Source of the DNA: a virus
Lineage: Duplodnaviria; Caudoviricetes
Strand: one strand, 5' to 3'
IMG/VR virus record: IMGVR_UViG_3300049828_000245
Location: 1-31,719 of that record
DNA length: 31,719 nucleotides
Below the pieces are notes generated by a model, which was not told the origin of the DNA, did not search any database, and saw only the letters and a list, made by a program, of their open reading frames with translations. The translations under genes were made by a program, and so were the position numbers. Shown in pieces: positions 1 through 6,992 of the stretch (position 1 is the first letter of the stretch; every line of letters starts with the position of its first letter).

Positions 1-1
1 C

Positions 2-172
2 GGTGTCGCCAGTGAACCAGGCGACGGTCTCCTCCGCGGTGGGGTGGCGTTCCTGGTACGCCTTCCACGTGGGCAGGCCGGGGGCCTTCGTCCCGTCGGT
101 GCGGACGGGCACGGCGACGACGCCGGCGGCCTCCCAACGGATGGCGGCTTCGAGGATGCTGGTGGTGTTCAC
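2..172 (-). CDS. Bifunctional DNA primase/polymerase, N-terminal part (runs off window edge)
   Basis: Manual translation from GTG at 172 gives MNTTSILEAAIRWEAAGVVAVPVRTDGTKAPGLPTWKAYQERHPTAEETVAWF, a Prim-Pol-like N-terminus. A GGGGAG RBS lies upstream and the gene follows SSB and exonuclease genes. Not in the ORF track. Confidence 0.75.
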   Translation of the reverse strand, partial: MNTTSILEAAIRWEAAGVVAVPVRTDGTKAPGLPTWKAYQERHPTAEETVAWFTGDT

Positions 173-231
173 GTGCCCCGCTCCCCCATGACGAGGGACG
201 GGCCGGCTACGTGCCGGGCGGGGCGGCAGCG

Positions 232-825
232 TCAGGCTGCGAGGGTGTTCGCCAGCGCGGCGACGACGGTCTCCGGCAGGCCCGATGCGGCCGCGGCGTC
301 GGCGGGGGTGGCCCCGGCCTGCAGCAGCTGCTTGGCGATCTCGACCGGGTTCGCGGCCGCCGGTGCCGGTGCCGCGGCGACGGGCTGCACCGCTGCGGGC
401 TCGGCGAGCGCCTGGGCGACGCCGGCGGGGCCGTCGGCGAGGACGTAGGTGAACTCGCGCGGGCTGGCCGCGGTGCCGATGCCGGACACGTGGGTGACGG
501 TGATCTTCTGCCCCACCTGCGGCTCGGGGACGCCGGCCGCCTTGCACGCGGCGACGAGAGCCTTCTTCTGCCCCGACCACAGGTTGATGCTGAGCATGCG
601 GGTGCCGTCGTCGTCGTCGAACGCGGCGTCGCGGTAGTCGGTGGCGAGGCCCAGGAGGCACTGCATCTTCGGGGAGCCGTCGTCCCAGAAGTCGAGGTCG
701 GTGGACTGGAACTTGCGGGACTGGCGCAGCTCGACGCTCGTGATGACGCCGGTGTAGGTGGTGCCGGGGATCTCCCACTTGAGGAAGGGCGAGCCGCCCG
801 CGAGGTGGTTGCCGAGGATGGACAT
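232..825 (-). CDS. Probable ssDNA-binding protein (actinophage type)
   Basis: MSILGNHLAGGSPFLKWEIPGTTYTGVI...WDDGSPKMQ... with an Ala/Pro-rich linker. Located between the exonuclease and primase. Start could be 831 (ATGA overlap) or 825 (better GGAG spacing). Confidence 0.6.
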   Translation of the reverse strand: MSILGNHLAGGSPFLKWEIPGTTYTGVITSVELRQSRKFQSTDLDFWDDGSPKMQCLLGLATDYRDAAFDDDDGTRMLSINLWSGQKKALVAACKAAGVPEPQVGQKITVTHVSGIGTAASPREFTYVLADGPAGVAQALAEPAAVQPVAAAPAPAAANPVEIAKQLLQAGATPADAAAASGLPETVVAALANTLAA

Positions 826-827
826 GG

Positions 828-1694
828 TCATGCTCCGATCAGTTGGGTGAGTGACTGCGTTTCCTGCGCTTCGCGTGGATGCCCCGGGCAGGACCGGGAG
901 ATGGTGGTGGCGTTCGCCTTGTGCCAGGGGCAGAAGTTGCACCAGGCGTCAGCGGTGGGAAGCGTCGGGATGGTGAAGTCGGGGCCGAGGGCCTCGAGGG
1001 CGAGCGCGATGGACGACGCGCGTGCGAGGGCGTCGATGGCGACCTGCTCGTCGTATGGCTCGTGCCACACGTGACGGTCAGTGAACTCCCCGTCGCGGGT
1101 CATGAAGATGACGCCGACGCTGCGGACGTCCATGCCCTGCCGCTGCCAGCCGCGGCCGTACAGGTGCGCCTGGATGCGGTACTGGTCGCCGGGGCCGTGG
1201 GGACGGTAGTGCTCGCGGATCTGGTTGCGGGTGGTGAACTTCCAGTCCCACACCTCACCGCGGTGCTCGTCGAACAGGTCGCAGGAGCCGGTGATCTCGA
1301 CGCCGTTGACCTCCCCGACGGACAGCTTCTCCTCGACGCGGTAGCGGGTGGTCACGGTCTCGCTGGTGTCGTCGAACCGTGCGATCTCATGGCGGGCGAT
1401 GACGTTGGCGAACTGCTCGTGGACGGAGGTGCCGACGTACGGCTTCCAGGCGACGCCGCGGTCGTTGACGGGGTCGACACCGGCGAGCCGGTAGCCGACG
1501 CGACGGTCGCAGGGGGTGCCGATCTCAGAGGGCCCGATCTTCTTCTGCGTGTTGCGGGGCTGCCCGATGATGGCCTGCTCGACGACGCCGAACAGCTCGC
1601 TGACACCCTCGTCGGGGTTGGAGGCGCAGGTGGGGTGGATGCGGATGCCGGTGGCGGGGGTGAGGCGCTCCTGGCAGGCGAGGCAGCGTGTCAT
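828..1694 (-). CDS. Cas4-like / PD-(D/E)XK exonuclease
   Basis: GPSEIGTPC, GTSVHE, E...GSCDL...DWKFT and QAHLY motifs with C-terminal CNFCPW...C. ATG at 1694 overlaps the upstream stop (ATGA). Confidence 0.85.
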   Translation of the reverse strand: MTRCLACQERLTPATGIRIHPTCASNPDEGVSELFGVVEQAIIGQPRNTQKKIGPSEIGTPCDRRVGYRLAGVDPVNDRGVAWKPYVGTSVHEQFANVIARHEIARFDDTSETVTTRYRVEEKLSVGEVNGVEITGSCDLFDEHRGEVWDWKFTTRNQIREHYRPHGPGDQYRIQAHLYGRGWQRQGMDVRSVGVIFMTRDGEFTDRHVWHEPYDEQVAIDALARASSIALALEALGPDFTIPTLPTADAWCNFCPWHKANATTISRSCPGHPREAQETQSLTQLIGA

Positions 1695-1906
1695 GGCCGG
1701 TTGTCCGCAGCCTGGGCGGCGTAGCCCTTGGGCAGCCCGAACATCTCGTAGGACAGGGCGGCCGCGGCGGCGTGCTGGTTGTAGCCCTCGCGGAACGATG
1801 CGACGGCCTGGTCGGCGCGGACGGCCGCGATGAGGTCGCATTCGCATCGCTTGCAGCCGCACGTTCCGCATCGGGACGCTGCCGGGCACAGCGGGTCGTG
1901 GTTCAC
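1691..1906 (-). CDS. Small Cys/His-rich hypothetical protein
   Basis: MNHDPLCP...CGTCGCKRCECDL; 4-nt overlaps with both neighbours. Confidence 0.7.
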   Translation of the reverse strand: MNHDPLCPAASRCGTCGCKRCECDLIAAVRADQAVASFREGYNQHAAAAALSYEMFGLPKGYAAQAADNRP

Positions 1907-2265
1907 AGGGCCACCACGGAGGGCTTGTTGTAGGTGACGCAGAGGTCGTACAGCCCGGGGGCGAGGATCGCCTTGGCGCGCTTGCCGTCGGGCACGCTGA
2001 CCGTGATCGACTCGAGCAGGTTGGCCGGCAGGTTCTCGGCGGCCTTGTCCGCGTCGAAGCGAGCCGCCCCGCCGCGGACCGCGACCAGCAGCTCCCCGTC
2101 GGGGCTGACGCCTCGCTCCCCCACGGCGAGGGCCTTCTCGATGATCTGCTTGGCGCGGGCCTTGCGCTCGGCGAGGGCCTTCTCCTGCGCGGTGATCTCG
2201 ACCAGCTCGCGCGCGGCCTCGAGGTACTCGTCCTCGAGGACGACGGTGTCGGTGTGCTCGCTCAT
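1903..2265 (-). CDS. Hypothetical phage protein with N-terminal coiled coil
   Basis: MSEHTDTVVLEDEYLEAARELVEITAQEKALAERK...; AGGAG RBS, ATGA overlap, GC3-rich codons. This is the C-terminal part of track ORF 1903..3087. Confidence 0.75.
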   Translation of the reverse strand: MSEHTDTVVLEDEYLEAARELVEITAQEKALAERKARAKQIIEKALAVGERGVSPDGELLVAVRGGAARFDADKAAENLPANLLESITVSVPDGKRAKAILAPGLYDLCVTYNKPSVVAL

Positions 2266-2673
2266 GATGCGTTCTCCTGTTCGTCGGTGTCGGGTGTGTG
2301 CGTGTCGATCCAGATGAGGGCGCCGGGCGCGTTGGCGTCCGCGTACCGCTTGCGGGCGTGGATGGTGACGACGCGGGCGTCGTCGGCGAGGACGGCGGCC
2401 TGGACGAGGCCGTCGAGGGTGGAGCGCACGAGCTTGTCCAGGTCGGGGGTGCGGGCCGGGGCGAGCGGGGCGTTGCCGCGCAGCTCGCCGTTGGTGCGGC
2501 GGTGGGAGGCCGGCCGCGTGAGCCAGAACGTCATGCGGACGATGACGGGGTCGTCGATGCGCTTCTCGGACAGGCGGCTCGACGGCCTTGCTGGACTCGA
2601 CCATGCGGCCGCCGCCGACGTGCCGCTTGGAGCCCTGCGGCGCGGGGGTGCCGAGGACGCGGACCCCGATCAC
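2262..2673 (-). pseudogene. rusA: RusA-family Holliday junction resolvase, frameshifted/internally deleted
   Basis: The N-terminal part (GTPAPQGSKRHVGGGRMVESSKAV) and the C-terminal part (PDLDKLVRSTLDGL...DDARV) are in different frames. The span is 412 nt and the break is near 2574. Confidence 0.85.
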
Positions 2674-3794
2674 TGTTCCTCGGCCTTCATCAGCGCGCGG
2701 TCCTCGTCGGTGAGGGGGTAGCCGAGGGTGGCCAGGCTGCGGGCGTGCTCGTCGAACCAGTAGGGCTTGCGGTTGGCGGCCCCGCTGACGGCGAGCGCCA
2801 GGGCGATGACCTTCTCCTGATGGGGCAGCGCCTTCAGGCTGGCCGCGATGCGGAGGTCGGCGTCGTCGACATCCTCGTCCTCGCCGGGCGGGTCGATGCC
2901 GAGGACTGGCAGCATCGTGTCGGTGGAGTAGTTGTCCCGCAGCTCCTTGAGTGACCAGTCGATGAGGCCGTCGATGACGGTCTGCGCCTGCACGGCGATG
3001 CGGCCGGAGAGCCAGTCGTACATGCGCTCGGTCGAGGCGGCGAGAGCGGCCAGGCGTGCCTCGCGTTCCGCCCGGTCCTTCTCCCACTGCGCTTCACGCT
3101 CGGCGCGCTGGCCGGAGTAGTCGATCGCGTCGTCGTCGCCCTCCTCGGGCTGCGGGTTGCGGGCGTCGAGGACGCGCTGGATCTTGTAGGTCAGGCCGTA
3201 GCTGCTACTGAACTGCCAGGGCTCGGCCTCGTCGATGAGGGCGAGGATCTCCTCGTCGTCGGCCCACTCGGTGCGCAGCTTCGCGCACGCCACGCCTGCC
3301 TCGATCGTGAGCTTGCCGTCGGCGACCTGCTGCCGGCGCTCCTCGGGGAGCGATGCGAGCTGCCGTCGCTGGTGGACGGTGGACTTGGCGCGGCCCGTGG
3401 CCTTGACGATGGCGGCTTCCTTGACGCCGAGCAGCTCGAGCTGGGCGTAGGCGTCGGCCTCCTCCATGACTGTGAGGTCGGTGCGCTGCAGGTTCTCGAC
3501 GAGCATCGCCTGGATGACCTTGGCGGGTGTGTCGAGGTCGGCGCGGACGATGCACGGGACCTTCGCGAGCCCGGCCTTGACTGCGGCGGCGTGCCTGCGG
3601 TGCCCGGCGACGAGGACGTAGCCGAGGCTGCCCTGGTCCTCCGTGCCGGGGTCGGGGGCGACGACGAGCGGCTGCAGGACGCCCATGCCCTTGATCGACG
3701 CGGCGAGCTCGGTCAGGTCGCTCACGTCGCGGCGGACGTTGCTGTCGTGCGCTGCGATCCGGTCGACCGGCACCTGGACCAGCGTGGCGGTCAT
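2670..3794 (-). CDS. ParB/RepB/Spo0J-family protein
   Basis: LAASIKGMGVLQPLVV, LVAGHRRHAA and ENLQRTDL motifs followed by an HTH-like segment. Confidence 0.88.
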   Translation of the reverse strand: MTATLVQVPVDRIAAHDSNVRRDVSDLTELAASIKGMGVLQPLVVAPDPGTEDQGSLGYVLVAGHRRHAAAVKAGLAKVPCIVRADLDTPAKVIQAMLVENLQRTDLTVMEEADAYAQLELLGVKEAAIVKATGRAKSTVHQRRQLASLPEERRQQVADGKLTIEAGVACAKLRTEWADDEEILALIDEAEPWQFSSSYGLTYKIQRVLDARNPQPEEGDDDAIDYSGQRAEREAQWEKDRAEREARLAALAASTERMYDWLSGRIAVQAQTVIDGLIDWSLKELRDNYSTDTMLPVLGIDPPGEDEDVDDADLRIAASLKALPHQEKVIALALAVSGAANRKPYWFDEHARSLATLGYPLTDEDRALMKAEEQ

Positions 3795-4123
3795 GCGGCA
3801 CCGCCGAGCTGCTCGATCATGCGGTTGCGCTCGACACGACGGCCGGCCTCGAAGGCGGCGTAGACAGCCTCGAGTAGGTAGGTGGCGATCTCGGTGCCGG
3901 CCTCGGTGTCGCCGGGCACGTCGACCAGGACGCGGAACATCGGCTCCTCGTCCGGGGCTTCCTCGACCACGGCGACGGGCGCTGGAAGGTCGGCGATGAC
4001 GTCGTCGGGGTGGGCTGCCGCGTAGGCGGCGACCACGCCCTGCCCAAGCTTGCCGGTGCGGGCCTTCGGGTAGCCGTTGTCGACGGCCCAGGTGCGGACG
4101 TCCCGGTAGGTGACTGTGCTCAT
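3791..4123 (-). CDS. Protein with N-terminal Lsr2-like DNA-binding domain
   Basis: VRTWAVDNGYPKARTGKLGQGVVAAYAAAH resembles the Lsr2 C-terminal domain pattern (IR.WA..NG..V..RGRI...V..AY.AA). GAGGAG RBS. Confidence 0.7.
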   Translation of the reverse strand: MSTVTYRDVRTWAVDNGYPKARTGKLGQGVVAAYAAAHPDDVIADLPAPVAVVEEAPDEEPMFRVLVDVPGDTEAGTEIATYLLEAVYAAFEAGRRVERNRMIEQLGGAA

Positions 4124-4305
4124 GCTGCGCTCCTCGGAGGGGTGGGTGTTGGCGTGTTGGGCAGGCAGGTGATGTGGCGCCAGCCGTCGAGCCAGAGGCT
4201 CATGTGCTGGCCGGGCAGGATGGTGAAGTCGCACTCCGCGCACTTGATCGACTGCACGGCGACGAGGGCGGAGGTGAGTGCCTCGTCCGGGCTGGGCTGG
4301 CTCAC
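4120..4305 (-). CDS. Small putative Zn-binding protein (CxxC...HxxC)
   Basis: MSQPSPDEAL...CAECDFTILPGQ...GWRHITC; GTGA overlap at the start, ATGA overlap at the stop. Confidence 0.65.
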   Translation of the reverse strand: MSQPSPDEALTSALVAVQSIKCAECDFTILPGQHMSLWLDGWRHITCLPNTPTPTPPRSAA

Positions 4306-4409
4306 CGCCGCCCCCGGTCCAGCCAGGCGAACAGCGGCCGGGCGATCAGGGTGTCGATGACGATGACGACGGTGCCGAGGACGAGGCCGCGGACCTGCGC
4401 CCACGTCAC
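4302..4409 (-). CDS. Very small membrane protein (35 aa)
   Basis: MTWAQVRGLVLGTVVIVIDTLIARPLFAWLDRGRR; GAGGAGG RBS; GTGA overlaps at both ends. Confidence 0.6.
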   Translation of the reverse strand: MTWAQVRGLVLGTVVIVIDTLIARPLFAWLDRGRR

Positions 4410-4558
4410 GCGAGGCCCTCCTCGTGGAGGGATGCGAAGGCGAGCTCCGCGGCGTGCTCGGCGTCGTCCTCTGTCAGCTGCGCGCACGTGCACGGCCAGT
4501 GGATCGACGCAGGCGGTGCTTCGGCGTCGGCGTGGGGGCAGCGGATGTCGTGGCGCAT
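4406..4558 (-). CDS. Small His/Cys protein (50 aa)
   Basis: MRHDIRCPHADAEAPPASIHWPCTCAQL...; GGGAGG RBS; overlaps the upstream stop. Alternative GTG start at 4561. Confidence 0.62.
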   Translation of the reverse strand: MRHDIRCPHADAEAPPASIHWPCTCAQLTEDDAEHAAELAFASLHEEGLA

Positions 4559-5028
4559 CACGGCCTCCCGCAGGTGTGGCCGTCCCAGTGGAACGCTCCC
4601 CCGCGCTCGACGACCTCGAGCATCGCGATGTCCTGGTAGATGCCGGGGTAGCGGTTGATGTGGTGCAGCCCGGACAGGTAGACGCGGACCTGGCGGGCCT
4701 GCGCCTTCGGCATCCCGAACTGCACGAGCCGGTCCTTGATCATGTACGGCAGGCCGTGGCGCCAGGCGGGCATGAACTGCCAGCGGCCTGCTGCCCCGGA
4801 CCCGACGCCGTTGAGGGCGCCGGCACCGGACTCGCGACGGTCGAACGTGCCGCCGGACTCGCGGTCGAGGACGCACGCAGCCCACCGGATGAGGCGGGAC
4901 GGTGGCTGCGCGGCCTGCGCGATGACGCGGGAGTACGCGCCGCGGCTGGGACGCTGGACTGCCCATTCACGGCGGTCGTCGGCAGTGGCGACGGCCTCCA
5001 CGAGGGCGCCTGTCAGGGTGTCGATCAC
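4558..5028 (-). CDS. Lysozyme-like lytic transglycosylase (Rpf/SLT-like)
   Basis: CVLDRESGG (candidate catalytic Glu), ALNGVGSGAAGRWQF and QDIAM...GGAFHW...C motifs; GGGAGG RBS before GTG 5028. Confidence 0.75.
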   Translation of the reverse strand: MIDTLTGALVEAVATADDRREWAVQRPSRGAYSRVIAQAAQPPSRLIRWAACVLDRESGGTFDRRESGAGALNGVGSGAAGRWQFMPAWRHGLPYMIKDRLVQFGMPKAQARQVRVYLSGLHHINRYPGIYQDIAMLEVVERGGAFHWDGHTCGRP

Positions 5029-5204
5029 TCGGGCCTCCCGGGCTCGTCGGTCAGGTAGCGGGATGTGCTGCGGCGCAGCGCGATGCGAAGGTCGGCGATG
5101 GTGGCGGCGGCGCGGGACTCGCGCCCGGCGAGGTAGCCCAGGGCGTAGGTCAAGGTGGCGAACACGGCAGCGACGGCGATCCAGCCGACAGCGGCGGCCG
5201 TCAC
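5025..5204 (-). CDS. Small membrane protein (59 aa)
   Basis: Manual translation MTAAAVGWIAVAAVFATLTYALGYLAGRESRAAATIADLRIALRR...; GTGA overlaps at both ends; not in the ORF track. Confidence 0.65.
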   Translation of the reverse strand: MTAAAVGWIAVAAVFATLTYALGYLAGRESRAAATIADLRIALRRSTSRYLTDEPGRPE

Positions 5205-5500
5205 TTGACGCCCTTGAGGACGCGGACGTTCGACGGCAGCGCCGACGGATGCCGGTCGCGTGCGGCCTGCTCATCGCCGGCCATCGCGTCGACGATCCAC
5301 TGGACGTCGTCAGCGTGCCGGCGGGCCGAATCGCGGTCGGCGAGCGCCGCCATGAGTCGGCGGCCCTTCTCCTGGGCGATCCGATGGGCGATGTCGCGCT
5401 GCCGCTCGGCGACCACGCGGCGGCGGTAGTCCACCGTCCAGCCGATGCCCGCCAGGACGGCGACGAAGGCGAGCAGCAGATGCAGGCCGTTGATGGTCAT
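5201..5500 (-). CDS. Membrane-anchored hypothetical protein
   Basis: MTINGLHLLLAFVAVLAGIGW... hydrophobic segment then a charged helix; AAGGGGA RBS. Confidence 0.72.
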   Translation of the reverse strand: MTINGLHLLLAFVAVLAGIGWTVDYRRRVVAERQRDIAHRIAQEKGRRLMAALADRDSARRHADDVQWIVDAMAGDEQAARDRHPSALPSNVRVLKGVK

Positions 5501-5551
5501 GTGGTTCCCCTTGCTCTCGGAGGGCTGTGCTGTTGTCGTGTGCCTCGGAGG

Positions 5552-5645
5552 CCGATCGGCAGGGGCGCTTCCCCACAACCCCTGCCGATCGGTTGCCCTC
5601 CGGGGCGCCGGCCGGTCCGCGACGGGGGAGACACGGACCGGCCGG
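5552..5645. repeat. Two adjacent perfect inverted repeats (14-bp and 12-bp stems)
   Basis: ccgatcggcagggg 5552-5565 / cccctgccgatcgg 5579-5592; ccggccggtccg 5608-5619 / cggaccggccgg 5634-5645. Confidence 0.9.
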
Positions 5646-5648
5646 GGA

Positions 5649-5849
5649 CTAGGTGCCGTACTCGGTGGGCGCGGCTTCGATCCACGAGCGCAGGTCGTCG
5701 ACCAGGACGACCGGACGCTTCGTGGGGTAGTGGGCGATGAGACGGTTGGCGCGGATCGCGCGGCGCACGGTCTCGACGGAGACGCCGGCCATCTCGGCGG
5801 CACGATCGAGGGTGACGGCAAGTGGCATGACTGCCGTGTCGGCGCTCAC
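5649..5849 (-). CDS. xis: Excisionase / HTH DNA-binding protein
   Basis: AVTLDRAAEMAGVSVETVRRAIRANRLIA...DDLRSWIE, an Xis-like winged HTH directly after the Cro-like gene. Confidence 0.75.
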   Translation of the reverse strand: MSADTAVMPLAVTLDRAAEMAGVSVETVRRAIRANRLIAHYPTKRPVVLVDDLRSWIEAAPTEYGT

Positions 5850-6091
5850 GCCGCGGTCTCCGGAATCCCGCTGCTGACCATGTCGATCGGGTTGCCGTAG
5901 CCGAAGTGCTCGGCGACGACGGCCGACTGATCCAGCGGCCAGCGGGATCCCTCGTTGAGACGTCGGTACAGGGTCGCCTCGGAGATGCCGACGGCCTCAG
6001 CCAGGTCGGCCACGGTCTGTCGGCGGAAGGCGAGATGTGCGCGCACCTGCGCGCTGAACCGCTCGGAGAGCGTCTCGGTGGTCGTGTCCAT
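5846..6091 (-). CDS. Cro-like XRE HTH regulator
   Basis: TVADLAEAVGISEATLYRRLN HTH; divergent from the repressor; ATG 6091 is 7 nt downstream of a -10 box. Confidence 0.82.
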   Translation of the reverse strand: MDTTTETLSERFSAQVRAHLAFRRQTVADLAEAVGISEATLYRRLNEGSRWPLDQSAVVAEHFGYGNPIDMVSSGIPETAA

Positions 6092-6098
6092 GGACAGG

Positions 6099-6127
6099 AA
6101 CGTAGTCCCACATAAGTGGGATAGCAA
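6099..6127 (-). promoter_or_regulatory. Leftward (lytic/early) promoter with a palindromic operator in its spacer
   Basis: Minus strand TTGCTA-N17-TACGTT-N7-ATG; palindrome TCCCAC-ataa-GTGGGA at 6106-6121. Confidence 0.75.
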
Positions 6128-6134
6128 GTGCATC

Positions 6135-6164
6135 TTGCGGCGTGTCGCACATTTGTGCGACTCT
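6135..6164 (+). promoter_or_regulatory. Repressor promoter with a second palindromic operator
   Basis: TTGCGG-N18-GACTCT (preceded by TGn)-N6-ATG; palindrome GTCGCAC-attt-GTGCGAC at 6144-6161. Confidence 0.65.
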
Positions 6165-6170
6165 CTTCGC

Positions 6171-6578
6171 ATGGGCAAGCAGCGTCAGGGGCGAGTGCAG
6201 ATCGAACCTGGACCGTGGAGCACCGCGGTGGCCGCCGCGATTGCCGCCCGCGTCGACGCGCGCGACGGCAAGCGGGACCGCTTCCAGCAGGAGGCCGGGT
6301 TCAGCGGACGGCTCGCGAAGCTGCTCAACGGCGAGCGCGCTTGGTACCTCGAGGACGTCGAGAGGGCATGCGATGCGCTCGGCCTCGACGTGGTCGACTT
6401 CCTGGCGAGCCTTGACGTCGAGACGCCGAGCAACGTGATCCCGCTCCTGCCAGATCCCGGCGCTGGCACGCCACATCCTCAGCTGCCGAGTGTCACCCGG
6501 TGGGCCGAGGATGAGGACGACGTCGCTGCGGACGAGTCACCTGACGAGGATGCGGAGCGAGATGAACGGGGAGAGTAG
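6171..6578 (+). CDS. Immunity repressor (XRE HTH) with acidic C-terminal tail
   Basis: EAGFSGRLAKLLNGERAWYLEDVERACDALGL; divergent from Cro and immediately upstream of an ImmA-like gene. Confidence 0.78.
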   Translation: MGKQRQGRVQIEPGPWSTAVAAAIAARVDARDGKRDRFQQEAGFSGRLAKLLNGERAWYLEDVERACDALGLDVVDFLASLDVETPSNVIPLLPDPGAGTPHPQLPSVTRWAEDEDDVAADESPDEDAERDERGE

Positions 6579-6580
6579 CC

Positions 6581-6979
6581 ATGCATCGGGGGAAGCGTTA
6601 CGAGCCGCACGGCCACGCGGAAGCGTTGGGCCTGCGTGTCGAGTACCGGGGCCTGCGCGGCCGGAAGGGCGAGTATCGCCATCGCGACCGGCTCATCGTC
6701 GTGCGGACGGGGCTGTCGCTACGCCAGGAGCGGTGCACGCTCGCTCACGAGATACAGCATGCGCTTGCCGGCCATCGCCGCTCGCCCTTCGGCTTGGTCA
6801 ACGCGCGGCAGGAGGCGTACGCCGACCGGATGGCAGCCTGGCACCTCATCTGCCCACTGGAGTACGCGGCCGCGGAGCATCTCAACGGTGCTCACGCGGG
6901 CGCGCTTGCCGACGAGCTCGATGTGACCCTGCACATGCTGCGGGTGTGGCGCTCCGTGCAGATGCGGATCGCGTCATGA
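6581..6979 (+). CDS. immA: ImmA/IrrE-family metallopeptidase (anti-repressor)
   Basis: ERCTLAHEIQH (HExxH), QEAYAD, C-terminal LADELDVT HTH-like segment. Confidence 0.88.
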   Translation: MHRGKRYEPHGHAEALGLRVEYRGLRGRKGEYRHRDRLIVVRTGLSLRQERCTLAHEIQHALAGHRRSPFGLVNARQEAYADRMAAWHLICPLEYAAAEHLNGAHAGALADELDVTLHMLRVWRSVQMRIAS

Positions 6980-6992
6980 GTGGCGACGGCTC

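Noticed and set aside
173-231. Possible hairpin sequestering the primase RBS
   Set aside because: The pairing is short and imperfect in very GC-rich sequence and cannot be distinguished from chance by eye.
828-1694. CRISPR-Cas system suggested by the Cas4-like gene
   Set aside because: No repeat-spacer array or other cas genes were seen; solo Cas4-like nucleases are common in phages.
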